Assembly (NCBI GenBank): GCA_000934665.2
Contig: JYFJ02002324.1
Span: 1-58,995 of the forward strand
Reading direction: 5' to 3'
Source of the DNA: Catajapyx aquilonaris
Lineage: Eukaryota
Length of the DNA stretch: 58,995 bases
Of the stretch, positions 1 through 12,400 are shown piece by piece (within the stretch, counting starts at the first letter, position 1; each line of letters opens with the position of its first letter). The notes under the pieces were generated by a model. That model was given only the letters and a program-made list of their open reading frames with translations. It ran no database searches and was not told where the DNA came from. The translations under genes were made by a program, and so were the position numbers.

Positions 1-1063
1 CGTACCCTTTTAGCCCAAAAACCATCCCAATCCGGTTGGTTCCCCCCTTCAGCAAGCAAGTGGAGAGTAGGGTTGAGGTGGGGTGGGGGGACGACTCAGC
101 TGCACTACCAACCGCTCTTCATCAGCGAGTTCTCCCGGCTATTTTACTTGTTGCGGGGGTGACGGGATTTTCCTACTTGCGCAAAAACCACCGGCCCAAA
201 AAATCGCGCTTTGGAGGAGTAGCAAGAGGAGCGCTACGGCAATCGTGACAAAGCGAGATTCTTCCCAAATTAGCATCCTGGGCCAAGATGCCGTGACCCG
301 TTTTTAAAAAACTCTCCCCCTTCTAGATCGCGCAATTATTATCCGAACTGATCGAGCCTTGGTCGGGAGGCTCAATTGGCTCTTCCTCGCCATGCTGTGA
401 CAATTTCAGGTCCGCACCTCCAGCGAGACGGCCACACCGGCGGTGCGAACACAATGCTGCACCCGTCCCTCGGCCCAACTTGGCCTCCGCGAGTGGGAAA
501 AATCGTCGTGATCGTGCGCCCTTAATGTTATTTGGTGTTTAGTCAAGGGCATGCCTTGACCTCTGCCCGTGCATCACATTTTATGCCACTGTTCTTATAT
601 ATTGCGATGAAAGCAAGGCACAAGTGTGAACAGGGAAAAGGGAGCAATAGAAAGGACAGATTGAGGCACCAACATGTGCCTTTTTGAATGTCACTATTCA
701 CATCATACTTTGTGCCCATTAGGGGGCATCCATGAATCACATGATGCCATTTTTGGCCATTTTTCAACCCGACCACCCTCCTTCCACCATTTGAATTATT
801 CACTGCTTCCCATTAATCAGGTGATATTTGTGGTTTCTTTTGAGATGTCATTTATACCTGAGAGCAAAATCTTGCAGCATAAGCGTATTATTCCTGTGCA
901 TTAAGAAATCCTCCTTGCTCAAAATTTAGAAATAATTTTTTGGAATGGCAGGCCGGTCTTGCTTTTATTCCCAGAATTAGACTAACATATTAGTGCAGGT
1001 ATCATGACCTCCCATCTGTTTGACCTTCTGCCGGACCCATGAATGTGCCAATTTCATCACTTA

Positions 1064-1564
1064 GGGCCGGTTGCACCAGTCGCGGTATATGGGAAGGTAT
1101 ATGGAATAACCCTGCACTGCGGGTGCACGGTATATTCCATGAAAAACCGCGTGTTTATTCCATAGCGTTGCACCGGTCCAGATAAACGCGGCGTTATCGG
1201 TAGTACGCTGGCTCATGAGAGACGTAAGCGGGCAAAATTTTTGGAGAGCCCTGATTGGATCGCAGCACCCGTGACGTCATGGAGTATGGAAGTCGTCTAG
1301 TATCTATGGCAACCATGTGGCAGGGTTGCCACCTGGTGTCACACAGTACACGAAATCCCTAGCACCAGTCCGCAACCATGACGACACCATATACCCGCGG
1401 TATAAGCAACTTGTGCTGCAGGATCAGCGGGTAGATGGATCGGGCGGTAAATGGGAGGGAGAACAGGCCGTTTTAGAAAAACCGTAGGTGGCGCAACACT
1501 TCTCGCGGTATATCGGAGTGAAAACCCGCCGTTTTCCATATACCGCGACTGGTGCAACCGGCCC
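1064..1564. mobile_element. PIF/Harbinger (Tourist-like) MITE
   Basis: Perfect 29-bp TIR GGGCCGGTTGCACCAGTCGCGGTATATGG with TTA target duplication on both sides. Confidence 0.85.
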
Positions 1565-2242
1565 TTATTAGGACTTGTCACCATGTGGCAAAGCTGCGAA
1601 CCAAAACCTGAAAAATGGCAGAAACTACTTATTGGATTGGATGTGTCCTGGCTACCTGCTTGAATGTTTTCATAATTTTGCTACAAGGGAACCCTTTGAA
1701 ATTGGAAACATGATGAAGGATTAATTTTTAAAATGAGTTTAGCTCTGTTACTGGATATATATTCTAATCAACTCTCCCACCCTATTTGCCATTATCTTGG
1801 TAACCTTGCAGGTGCCAATATTAAAAATGACAGTACAACTGCAGTGGACCTGATTCAGTCACATTGAAAATTACTATTAAATTTTAATGATGAGTTTATT
1901 TTAATTTTAAAGATTTGTCTTGGGCTCAACTTGTTTAAAACATCAGACAGGTAGCTGGTACAACTCTCATCCCAAAAAGATATACTTGCAACCTTTTTTG
2001 TTCATAAAAATGAGTTATGAAAAATTGTAGTATGCAATTAAGTAAGCAATTCCTAGCTTATTTGGGTTAAGATTGGGTAAAATGGGTATTGATGAGTGGC
2101 TATGCCTTTTGTGCAGCAGTAACAAACGGTATAGTATAGGGATACAAATACTGCATTCAATTAAATTTTGGTAAATGCAAGGCCAACAGGGAATGTAAGG
2201 CAACGATCTGGCAAAATATCACCAAGGTATTGTTCTTTGCAG

Positions 2243-2804
2243 GCTAAACTGTTGGAACTTGAGAAGCGAAAGGCATGTATCAATTTTTTTAAAACCCTTG
2301 TATTGATATATGTTGCTTGTTGCTTGCTTTTGGGCTTGCTTTGCACTGCTCTTTTTTATTGGAAATTAAAAGAGCGTGATGGTAAAGTAATAAATATTGC
2401 TGCAGGAACAGAAACTATTAGAGCAACTAGCACTGGAGGAGCAAATGGAGAAATTGCAGAAGAGAGAAGTTGAAGTGCAAGCTAGTCGCAGACAAGATCA
2501 GATGAGAGTACGTGTAATCTAGCATATTTGGAGCTTAATAACAATGGTGAAGGGCGACAGTGGCATAGTGGTTAGCGCCACAGCCTTCCACCTTGGAGAT
2601 CCACAGTTTGATTTCCCAGATCGGACAGAGGATACTTATGTGGATAGAGTTTCAATGGGTTCTCTCCGTGTTTGCATGGGTTTTCTCGGGGTTCTCCCGT
2701 TTCCTCCCACAATCAAAACCCATCACAGTGCAGGCAATGATTTAAGACGGTTCATGAAAAGATGATCCCCTAATAGGCCCAAGGAGGCCTATCATGGGGT
2801 ATCC

Positions 2805-2846
<42 letters not shown>

Positions 2847-2884
2847 TAATGATAATAATAATAATAATAATAATTTTTATTAAT

Positions 2885-2926
<42 letters not shown>

Positions 2927-2964
2927 TAATGATAATAATAATAATAATAATAATTTTTATTAAT

Positions 2965-2998
<34 letters not shown>

Positions 2999-3331
2999 TT
3001 ACTATTATTAATCAGTAGAGCATCGATTATCCGAAGCAATTGGGGACTGGGGGTGTTCGGATAACTGATTTTTCGGATAACCACTCATTTATGGAAAAAA
3101 TTGCAATGGTGTCATAAGAGCAATATGAAACAAAGAAACAGTGATATTAAACACAAAACTGTATATTTTGTATCACACGTCTTAAAAATACATACCTTAC
3201 ATGCTGCAGCGCTACAGCACTAGCAGCCGCTACCGGAACTACATGGCGTGCAAATTTTTATTTGCTGACTCTAACGCTTTCGGTTAACCGATGTTTCGGT
3301 TGATCGGTATTCAAATAATCGATGCTCTACT

Positions 3332-3417
<86 letters not shown>

Positions 3418-6400
3418 GGCCTGACCATCCACCAGAGGCTTCATTTTGTCGGTCATACGAGGTGGACAGGTGTAACCTGGGCTCTGCTGGCTACCCCTGT
3501 ATACGGGATTTATGCCGTGAAGTAAAATGATTAATAATAACAACAACAACAACAACAATAACAATGGTGTCTTGTTTAGCTATTGAGTGACCTGGCAGAT
3601 GAGCAGAGCAGATTGGAAAGTGAGATCCAGAGTATCCAGCAGCAGCGAGATAGAGAGCGTCAACAATTGATATCCTACCTTTATGAAGGTGAGCTTACCA
3701 GTGCCCATTTTACTTAGTTAAGATGCTAACCTTATTTTTATTCACAGCTGAATTGAAAGCTGACGTTCTTATCTCCCATTTGCTGGCCTTTAATGAGCAA
3801 CAACGGGATCCAAAGGTTCTGGCTGCGATGGCAGAGGCTGAAATGAAGGAACTGGAGAACATGCTTGCTGTGAAGCACACTGAATCAGGGCAGTTGAGGA
3901 AATTAGATGTTCTTAGTAAGTCAAATTCCTGTACCCAATTAAGATTGGAATTATGACATGGTTTACTTCCAAAGGTGCAATGCAAGGCTTACTGGAAGAA
4001 GAGATACATAGGGAAAAAGTTAGGAGGCAGTATGAAGCAAGTCGAGATCGAATTGTGCAACTTGCACTCACAAGGTGAGTTGATCTGTGAATTTTCTATT
4101 TTTCTAACAAAGAACAAGGGTATTATGGGTGAAGAACTAAAAGTTTGTTGTGATTCGAGAGGTAGTGACCCATGTTTTGCTCAATGATTTGACTCCCACT
4201 GCATGAAGTTTAGCTGCATCCTCTGATATTATTATTCATACCCTGTGCTAGAGCCATTGGCTCCCTTAGGGGGGTGGATTACCACCATTGGATGGGACCA
4301 GAGATAGGGAAGGAAGGAAGCGGCTGTGGCCTATTTTTACAGAAACGACCTCGGAATTGTCCTGGAGGGGACCATGGAAAACCACAGAAAACCATGGTCA
4401 GGGTCGCCGGCCCCGGGATTCGAACCCTGGACCTCCCGATTAGCAGGCGTGCTCCTTATCCCCTGCACCAACCTGCTTCGGTTGCATCCTCTGATATGTG
4501 ACTTATAAGTTATTTTATTTTATTTTTATGTCTTGCTGATTGAGGACCACCTACCGGCAGGTTATTAGTACAACCATTAGTTATTTTGAGATTAGAAAGG
4601 GATTACAGTGTACTACTTGGTCAAGGGGAAGCCATTGAGAGGAGAGAAGACAGTGGAAGTGTGAAAAAGTTCTCAGCATATGGCCAGGTCTACATGAAGT
4701 TTAGTAGCTCGGCATTTTTGCGATAGAGAGGACATGAAGCGCCGATTATTTTTTTCGTTGAATACCGCATTTGATCACACCAATCGGATGCTCAACATCT
4801 CTACTAAACATTGCCAACCTTAAAATTGGCCAGTGTTGCTGTTCTTTGGCACCAGCTGCTCATACGTTCAACTGTGCGCGCCAAAGGCCTTTTGGTGTCT
4901 GGGGACACGCGCGGCTTTTGGCGCCTCTGTAAGCATTGCCATTCATTCGATCACTTCTCAAGTGTGTCTGTTGGATGCAGCTTGATGTCCTCTTTCGATT
5001 GATGTGCTTAAATTGTGGGAGGGTGATCTCTGTGTGCTTCTGTTTCAGTAACTAACCAGAGTCATCCGAAAGCTTTGGTTCGTTACCAAAAATTACAAAA
5101 AATTCCTGTACACACCTTATGCCAATGATTTGGAGCGTCAAACTTGGAAACCTCTGTGGGAGTCGCGTAATACAGCAGTGACCCAAGATTCAGCCCAATT
5201 CCATACCTCCATGTATTTATTTGGACGGTAACGAACCAAGCCATTTTCCTGCCGCCGAGCGTGCTCCCTCCGATCTCGGCTCAGATAATAAGCAAATCCA
5301 CGCCCAATAATGCAGAAATTTTTATGTCATGGTTTTCAATGGCGCTGATTTCAGATCCGATGTCCGAAATTCAAAAATCAAAATGGTTGATCCAATATGG
5401 CAGACAGCATGTGCAGAGAATTGGACAGATATACAGTATTAGCGTCAAAATTGGTTTACGGCGGCTTTAGAGGGCTCTGATTTCAAATTCAATGTAAAAA
5501 AGTTACAAATCAAAGTGGCGCGATGTGTTATCCGGATATGTCCTGATGCTACCGCCGATTTTATTGGAAGGAAGGGGGAGAGATGCAGCTTTTCAATAGT
5601 TCTTATTTATGATGCTGAAAACAAATTTTCACAAATCCTTCATGTTATAAACAGTTGCCTCTATTTACAATGCCACTGCAAGATGGGTGGTCCGGAAGTT
5701 AATTGTCTCTAGCGGTCAAGGTACGTGGCAGGTGGCAGGTGGTGGCAAGCTAGTTTTTGGTTCTTCTCAGTCATGAGAGCCTCCCGCTTTTTATAGGCCG
5801 GAAATCAAAAAAATTTGCATTTATCTGAAATTTTGCAGGTCTGAATTTATTGGAAAATTGACTGAAATGACCCATTTTCAAATACCTTCATTTATAGGCT
5901 TAGTAAATTTTTATAGATGGTCACATTATAACTCCTTATACAGTCATATGCATATGCATTACAATGTGGTGCAGCTAAAATGGCTGTGCTCAGAGGTCAG
6001 AGGTCAGAGGTTATAAATTTTTGAATAAACCATTATTAAAATGTTTTCCCCTCTAGTCAGTTCATAACTTCATTGATGTGTCTGTGTCAGCCTGGTCCCC
6101 AAAGGCTGGTGTGTAGGCAGACAGCAGCCTTTTCATATACTGGGTTACATCCAACATACACAATCATCACGGCATAGTCCCATGATGAGGTACAGTCAGC
6201 GATGACCAGGTCATACGACCCAGCCATCTCAATCGACCAATACACGAGAATCCTCTGATGACTGGTCAGTCTTATGATGTGTCTCGTTTTAATTATGTAC
6301 GCCCTGAAGTGGTAAAACAGCTCACAAATACTACCCGTGAAAAGGTTCTGAACGGTGGAAAATCGCACGACTTGGTTCGTTACTTTTTTTCTTGGTTCGT

Positions 6401-9400
6401 TACCGTGAGTTTTGTTGCGCTACGATGCAAAGAAAAGCAGATACCGGTACGGCAAGGTGACCAATGGATTCCTCGCACTTTTCTTCTCTAGAGCATCTCT
6501 ATACTGCCATCAAAACCTCATAGAATTCGCAGAGTTATTACGCAATGTAACCCGGTGCAGAAATGCATGTCCTCGAAACTTTGGTTCGTTACCGTGTTTG
6601 TTCTCGCTCCTCGGGCGCTATCGAATGATACATTTTGTGTCGGATTTGTGGCAAAATTCAGCCCTCTGTACCTGGAACTCAATAGAAAAAAAAAGTATCC
6701 CCAAAGGTTTACCACAAGCATGGAAAATCACAATGAAAGTTGAAAAAAATCGTCCGAACCTTGGTTCGTTACCGCAAAAATGCCCAGCTATAATCTTGTA
6801 GTGGCGATATATTGCTGTGAAATGTTCACACTTAGGTACTGGTGGATTTGACCCACCAGGCCGAAAACCAAATTTTTTAATCTGCCGATTGACAAGTGAA
6901 GCTCATATCAAAACAAACTAAGGTGAGGCCAAAACTTTAGACATTTCTTAGCATTTCAAAACTTAAATCATTTAAATATGTGGACAAGTTTTCAAGCTAT
7001 AGGTGTTTAAAATCCACTCATTCTTTTCCGATCACCATGTGTACATTGAAATTCACTGCACAAGGTGATGGGATTCAAGTGACTCTGGGTGGTTTCACTA
7101 ATTTCCTTTCACAAAAGTAAACCGTACATGAAGTTTATATAGAACTTTCATAACTTTATCATTAGGGAACTTAATGAAGACTGTCATTACCATCATAAGG
7201 AAATTTCATGAGCACAAAAGTGAGGTACATAGGCTACTACTTGTTTTGACAATAAAGCTAACCTTAACAAGTAATTGAGGATTGTGGCTTTTAGCCAGAA
7301 GTTGAGGATCTTTCTGGTTAATTGGTCGCTTCCACCCGATTCTTTGCCCTTTAATGCAGGCTCTAGTGCAGTGCTTCCTGCAATCTTTTTCGTTGGCGAC
7401 CCCAAAAAATCGTCTCGTAAAATTTGCGACCCCCCCCCCCCNCCCCCCCCCCCCCAGATGTGCACATTTTGATCATCCAACATGAAAAGACATGTAAACA
7501 GTGATATGAAAATCACTGATAACTATTTTCGAGTATCTGAATTGTTCTGTAACTTACCTTATGTGCGTAATTTTCAAGAGATATAGAGAGGTGCGGTGGC
7601 CGAGATGGTAACATCCCGGCTTGCTGAGTGAAAAGTCCCAGGTTCGATCCCCGCCTGGGATTTCCCTTTCACCTGCGTCAGTAGGGTCTCTGAAATTTTA
7701 AAATACCACATTACCATTCGATTCAAGTCCCATTAATTTTTGTACAAAACTTCAACAAGCTGCTCTGGAGGTTCAATTTTACTGATTGTTATTATCTGCT
7801 GAAGGTGTGGCAAGAGGTGGAGGGGAGTGGGGGGAGTAGTAGGTGGACTGGAAGTAAGGTCAATAAATGATTAATATTTTTTTGGTGAATTATTTCAGGT
7901 TATGGTGTTGTATTTTCTGCCATTGTTATTATACATTTTGGTGAAAGTGTGATGCAGGTGTACAAAGGTATTGGGAATTAATGGGGGGGGGAAGCAAGTC
8001 GCGCCCCACAGTTTGAGAACCGCTGCTGTGTACACACAGTAGGAATGAAAGACTTACGCCACTTCCGTGGGATTAGGTAATCCTGATGTTCATTCATGTT
8101 TACTGTATGCTTTTGTCTTCTCTTTACAGTGACGAAATGATGGACCATCAAATTCAAGTGGTGCTGGAATCTGGTGGAAAGGATCGACAAGAACTGATTA
8201 ACTCTTTGCTGGAAGACGAGGCTTTCCAGAGGGAAGCCTTTGCAGCATTTTTCATTCGACAAGATGTCCGCAACCAGCAGTTGCTGCACCAAATGGCTCT
8301 TGTGCAAGAAGAACTAGGTTCACTTACACGAATTGAAACCAAGAAGAAGGATCTGCATGTGGAATTCCAATTGGTTAGTTATATCCTTGAATCCAGTATA
8401 GCCTAACTATTTAGAGAAAGGGACATGACGTAGGTGACTTTTCATGGAAGCACCAATCAGAGGCAGGATAGATAATTTAGGGATAGTTGAAGATCTTGGG
8501 CGGGAATGAGAGGAGCTGTGATTGCGTGTCCCTTTGTGAAAATTGTCAGACTATAACATGATACCATATTACTTCACTTAAAGCGGCATGCCAGTGTAGT
8601 CGAGGTCCACCAGTGTTTAGAAATGTTAGAAATGCACAATCTGGTGGCTATTCGCCTTCGCGGGAGAAGTGGCTGACACTTGGCGGCCACTTATGAGTTA
8701 GGCAAGATGGTGGCCTAGATGGGTACCACGTCCAGTGGGCTAATTGGAAGCTAGATACTCCGTGACAATTAGTGGGGGGTTCTTGATTGATAATGGTGGG
8801 GCCTCGAGGCCACCCTTGTTCGGCAGTCCTTGCATGTTATTTCTGAAGGTAGTGGACAGTCTATATTCTCGCAGTCACTTTTTTTTCCTCTTCTAGATGT
8901 GATGAATTTGTGAGGAAGCAAGCAAGCGGAGATAATTATGAGGACGTGGCTGCTAAAAGCGGCTATCTTAGCCGAACCTATTCTGAGAAAATGCCAATTT
9001 TTAAAAGTTTCGAGTTGTGTAGCTGAAAATTTGTCATGTTGATTATGCCATTGTCGAGAAAATCGGTACAGTATACTATTGGCACGGAAATGGTACTGAC
9101 TAGGACACTTGCGTATTCTCGTACCTGTCATGATTGGCGGGATTCAACAAAATCAAGCTTCTATACCGTACCTAATGACCTAGTGCCCGATGAAAATTTG
9201 GATAGCCGGGTTTTGATATATCTCTCAGAAGCGCTCTGTAGATAACTGACCTTGAGCTTGACGGAAACGGGTATCTTGTTCCGTTGCGAAAAGTAGGTAG
9301 GCTATAGAACTGAAATGTCAATTTCCTGAAGTAGGTAATTGCACCAAATACATTCGTGGGTATGCCCTGGGGGAAAACAAAAATAAAAACAAACGAGGAG

Positions 9401-12400
9401 TCCTCCATCCGGACCGATGGTGCATTGGCCGGAGATAGCCGACTTTGGAAATCCGGTTTGACTAATTTCCCACATCTCCGCCTCTTATTATGGCCCCCCA
9501 AAAATAATTTTGACCCGCGCCTTTGGCTCATCAAGTTCTTCTTTGCATGAAAATTGTAATGGGAGAGCCAGCTCAAAAACTCCCAAAAAATTAAGTTAGC
9601 CGCTTTTGGCAGCCACCTCCTCGTATATTGAGGACCTGGTTTTCCTGGCCATGCGACTGGGCTGCACCAGGTTAACTGGCTGAGCTAACAAATATTTGGT
9701 GAGGGTTTCCGTGCATATTGCTAGTTTGCAAGCACATATAGAGACAACATCACAAGTTTTTGGTCGTTTCTCTATGCCACACCGCAACAAATTAAGTGTC
9801 TGGCGTCCACGATTCACTCTCCGTCGTACAGGAATTTCGGTTTTTGACCCACATACATCAGTATGTCACTGATTGTGAGACCGATGCAAAAATCGTCTCC
9901 CATTCCCACTCCACATCTCTTCCCGCGCTTGGAGTACCCCTCGGATCCGCCATGGATTGCCTCCAGCGCCTCTACAGGCCGGTGCGGAGGTGAATACTGG
10001 CATGCTGGTATAAGGCAAGGTTTTCTTACGATCTCTATGAAAATTATTGATACTCAAATGAATGCATTACACCATGTTGTACACGACGGATACAGCCCAG
10101 GACACTTCCATTGCCTGACACATTCCATAAGATCGTTCATTAAGTTCAAATTTCATGGCAAGATTTTCAATTAAATAAGTGCAAGGCTGCAAGAAGGGAA
10201 GCATACCTACCAGGATATTTCATATGTTGGGTTTGGATTTTATCGCAGTCTTATAATGCTTAGGTCTGGGTACGCCCCACCATTTTGCATTCAGGGTGTT
10301 GACATAGTGTGAGGTTCCATGCCTGCAGTGAACCTACTGGGCCCCTTTGCAATTACGTAGAAGAGACGGTAGAAGAGAACGGTCCTCTTCTACGTAAATG
10401 CAAAGGGACCCAGTAGGTTCACTGCAGGCATGGAACCTCACATTGCCCTAAGAAGTGCTGCTTTGGCCACAGTATGCACTACCACGATGTCAACCCCGTG
10501 AACCGGGATTTTTATAGAGCTTGAGTATGAGTGTCAGGGGGATGGATTTCTTTATCTGAGTAATGAGGCTTCTCAGACAAATTGATACCACTACACAAAT
10601 TGATCCTCTGATTGCCAACGAGAGCTGCGACCAGCGAACTATTGAACAAAACAAAGGACTGAAGGAATTTGCCTTGATCCTTTGTAATGTTTAGGGGTGG
10701 TTCCACTGTCAGAGCAGGCTGAATATGGGATTGGTCACACTTGAGTCTATGGTCTAGGGCTCTAGGCCCTGTGCAACAGATGAACTTGCATATTCTCACA
10801 GCCCTGTACGCGCACATTTTTCACCACGACATGATTTTAATACAGTGCCAGATGCATTCCAAAAAATTTGACAAGGATCAAAATTATGGAAATATACCTC
10901 GGTTATTGCGGCATGCCAGCCACCCCTGGGTTATACCATCATGCCACTTTAAGTAAGGTAATACGGTATGTGGAATAGTGGATTGTAATTCATTCACATG
11001 AATAAGTGTTTGAATTTTTTTGTACAAGCTTGCTCACCTTCATTTTTTACTGAAAGTAGGCTGATACAAAGTAACCTCATTAAGACAAACCTGAAGGGAC
11101 CTAAAAGCTTTACAATCATATGTCTTATGTTATCTCTGTAGCACTCCCCTCCCCACCACCATTGGGTAAAACAAAACTCACCCATCAAAATTATGCTACT
11201 GCACAGCTGACTAACCCTGAGTCTATCACATAATATTACAAACTCACAGAATCAAGCAAAACTATCAATATGGTACCTTAATTAGATCGTGGTAAATAAG
11301 AAAATTAAGTGCTGGGCATTCATTGTTCTTGGAAAGGAGTATTGTACATGGATTTAAATTCATGAAGAGAGGTTCACAATGTCTAGGTTGGTTCCCTCCT
11401 CCACTCATTTGTGTTGATTCAAATGTGGTTTTTGAATGTGGCAAAAAGCAATAAAAGAGGAATTTCAAACTGTGTTGTAATGTCAGATTTTGGCATACTA
11501 TTGTCCACATCCCTAATGATTTTTGAGAAGTCCAGCTCCATATCTTGATTGCCACCTCAGAGAGAATAGGTGCAATTTTACTAACCAGAGTGGTTGCAGA
11601 CTTAACAAGCAACTTAAAATACTGTGGAACTTAAACTGACTGATGGCTGGACCTTGTCCAAATGTTCAGCCAAGACTCAACAATGTCAACATATTCACCA
11701 ATACAGATGATGGACCATCTCGCTAACTGTGGCAATTGCTCAAAAATGCTGTTTTGTTTTTCCTTTTTTTTTTTTCAGATGTCTCATTTTCAAAACACTA
11801 ACTATAATAATAATAATAGTAATATATTTATTTCCCTATACAAAGTAGTATTTGGAAAGACCATCCCCCTCCAAAACTTACATAACAATATCACATAGTT
11901 GTAATTTTTTCACTGCATTAAAAAAAAATTATATAAAGAAAAAACCTTTATAGTAGGCATATCTATGAACTAGGTATATACATCATCTGGTGGAAGCCTC
12001 GGAAAATCTCTTATACACTCACGAGCTTCTTGGTAAAAAATACACTCAAACAGGATATGGAAAAGAGAACAACCAACCATATCATTACATAAAAACACTA
12101 ACTATAGTACTTGTGTTCAGGAGTTTCAGCAGGTGACAGTAACATTGTCAGAGAAAATGACTAATGACTCATGGGTGTGTGGGGCCTGCTGCTAACACAA
12201 CTACTAACACAACTGCGATGAATGTCCCACATGGGTTTATTATTGTGTTTCATTCTTACAAGGAACATACCTCGGGTGATAATAACGGATCTTGATGAAA
12301 CTGAATATGCTAATAAAGGACAATGTATGATAACCAAACATTAAGTCATTTCCGACTGAAGTTTATATTTGCAAAAGTTATGACGTGTTACAGTGACAAA

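Larger units (their letters stand above)
8582..10948. mobile_element. Possible Kolobok-like non-autonomous element carrying nested MITEs
   Basis: TTAA|AGCGGCATG ... CATGCCACT|TTAA. The TIR is short, so this is tentative. Confidence 0.35.

Noticed and set aside
1..521. GC-rich segment with short ORFs at the window start
   Set aside because: No protein similarity. It ends GCGCCC|TTA like a Harbinger terminus, but the other end is outside the window.
1812..1867. Possible additional upstream LRSAM1 exon (ANIKNDSTTAVDLIQ)
   Set aside because: It has a good acceptor but no convincing donor before an in-frame stop, and no recognisable similarity.
2770..3564. ORFs rich in poly-Ile, Tyr, Leu or Asn
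   Set aside because: They are translations of (AAT)n and (TAT)n microsatellites.
7369..8025. hAT-like element CAGTGCTTC...GAGAACCGCTG
   Set aside because: The TIR match is weak, there is no 8-bp TSD, and the region includes an ambiguous base in a poly-C run.
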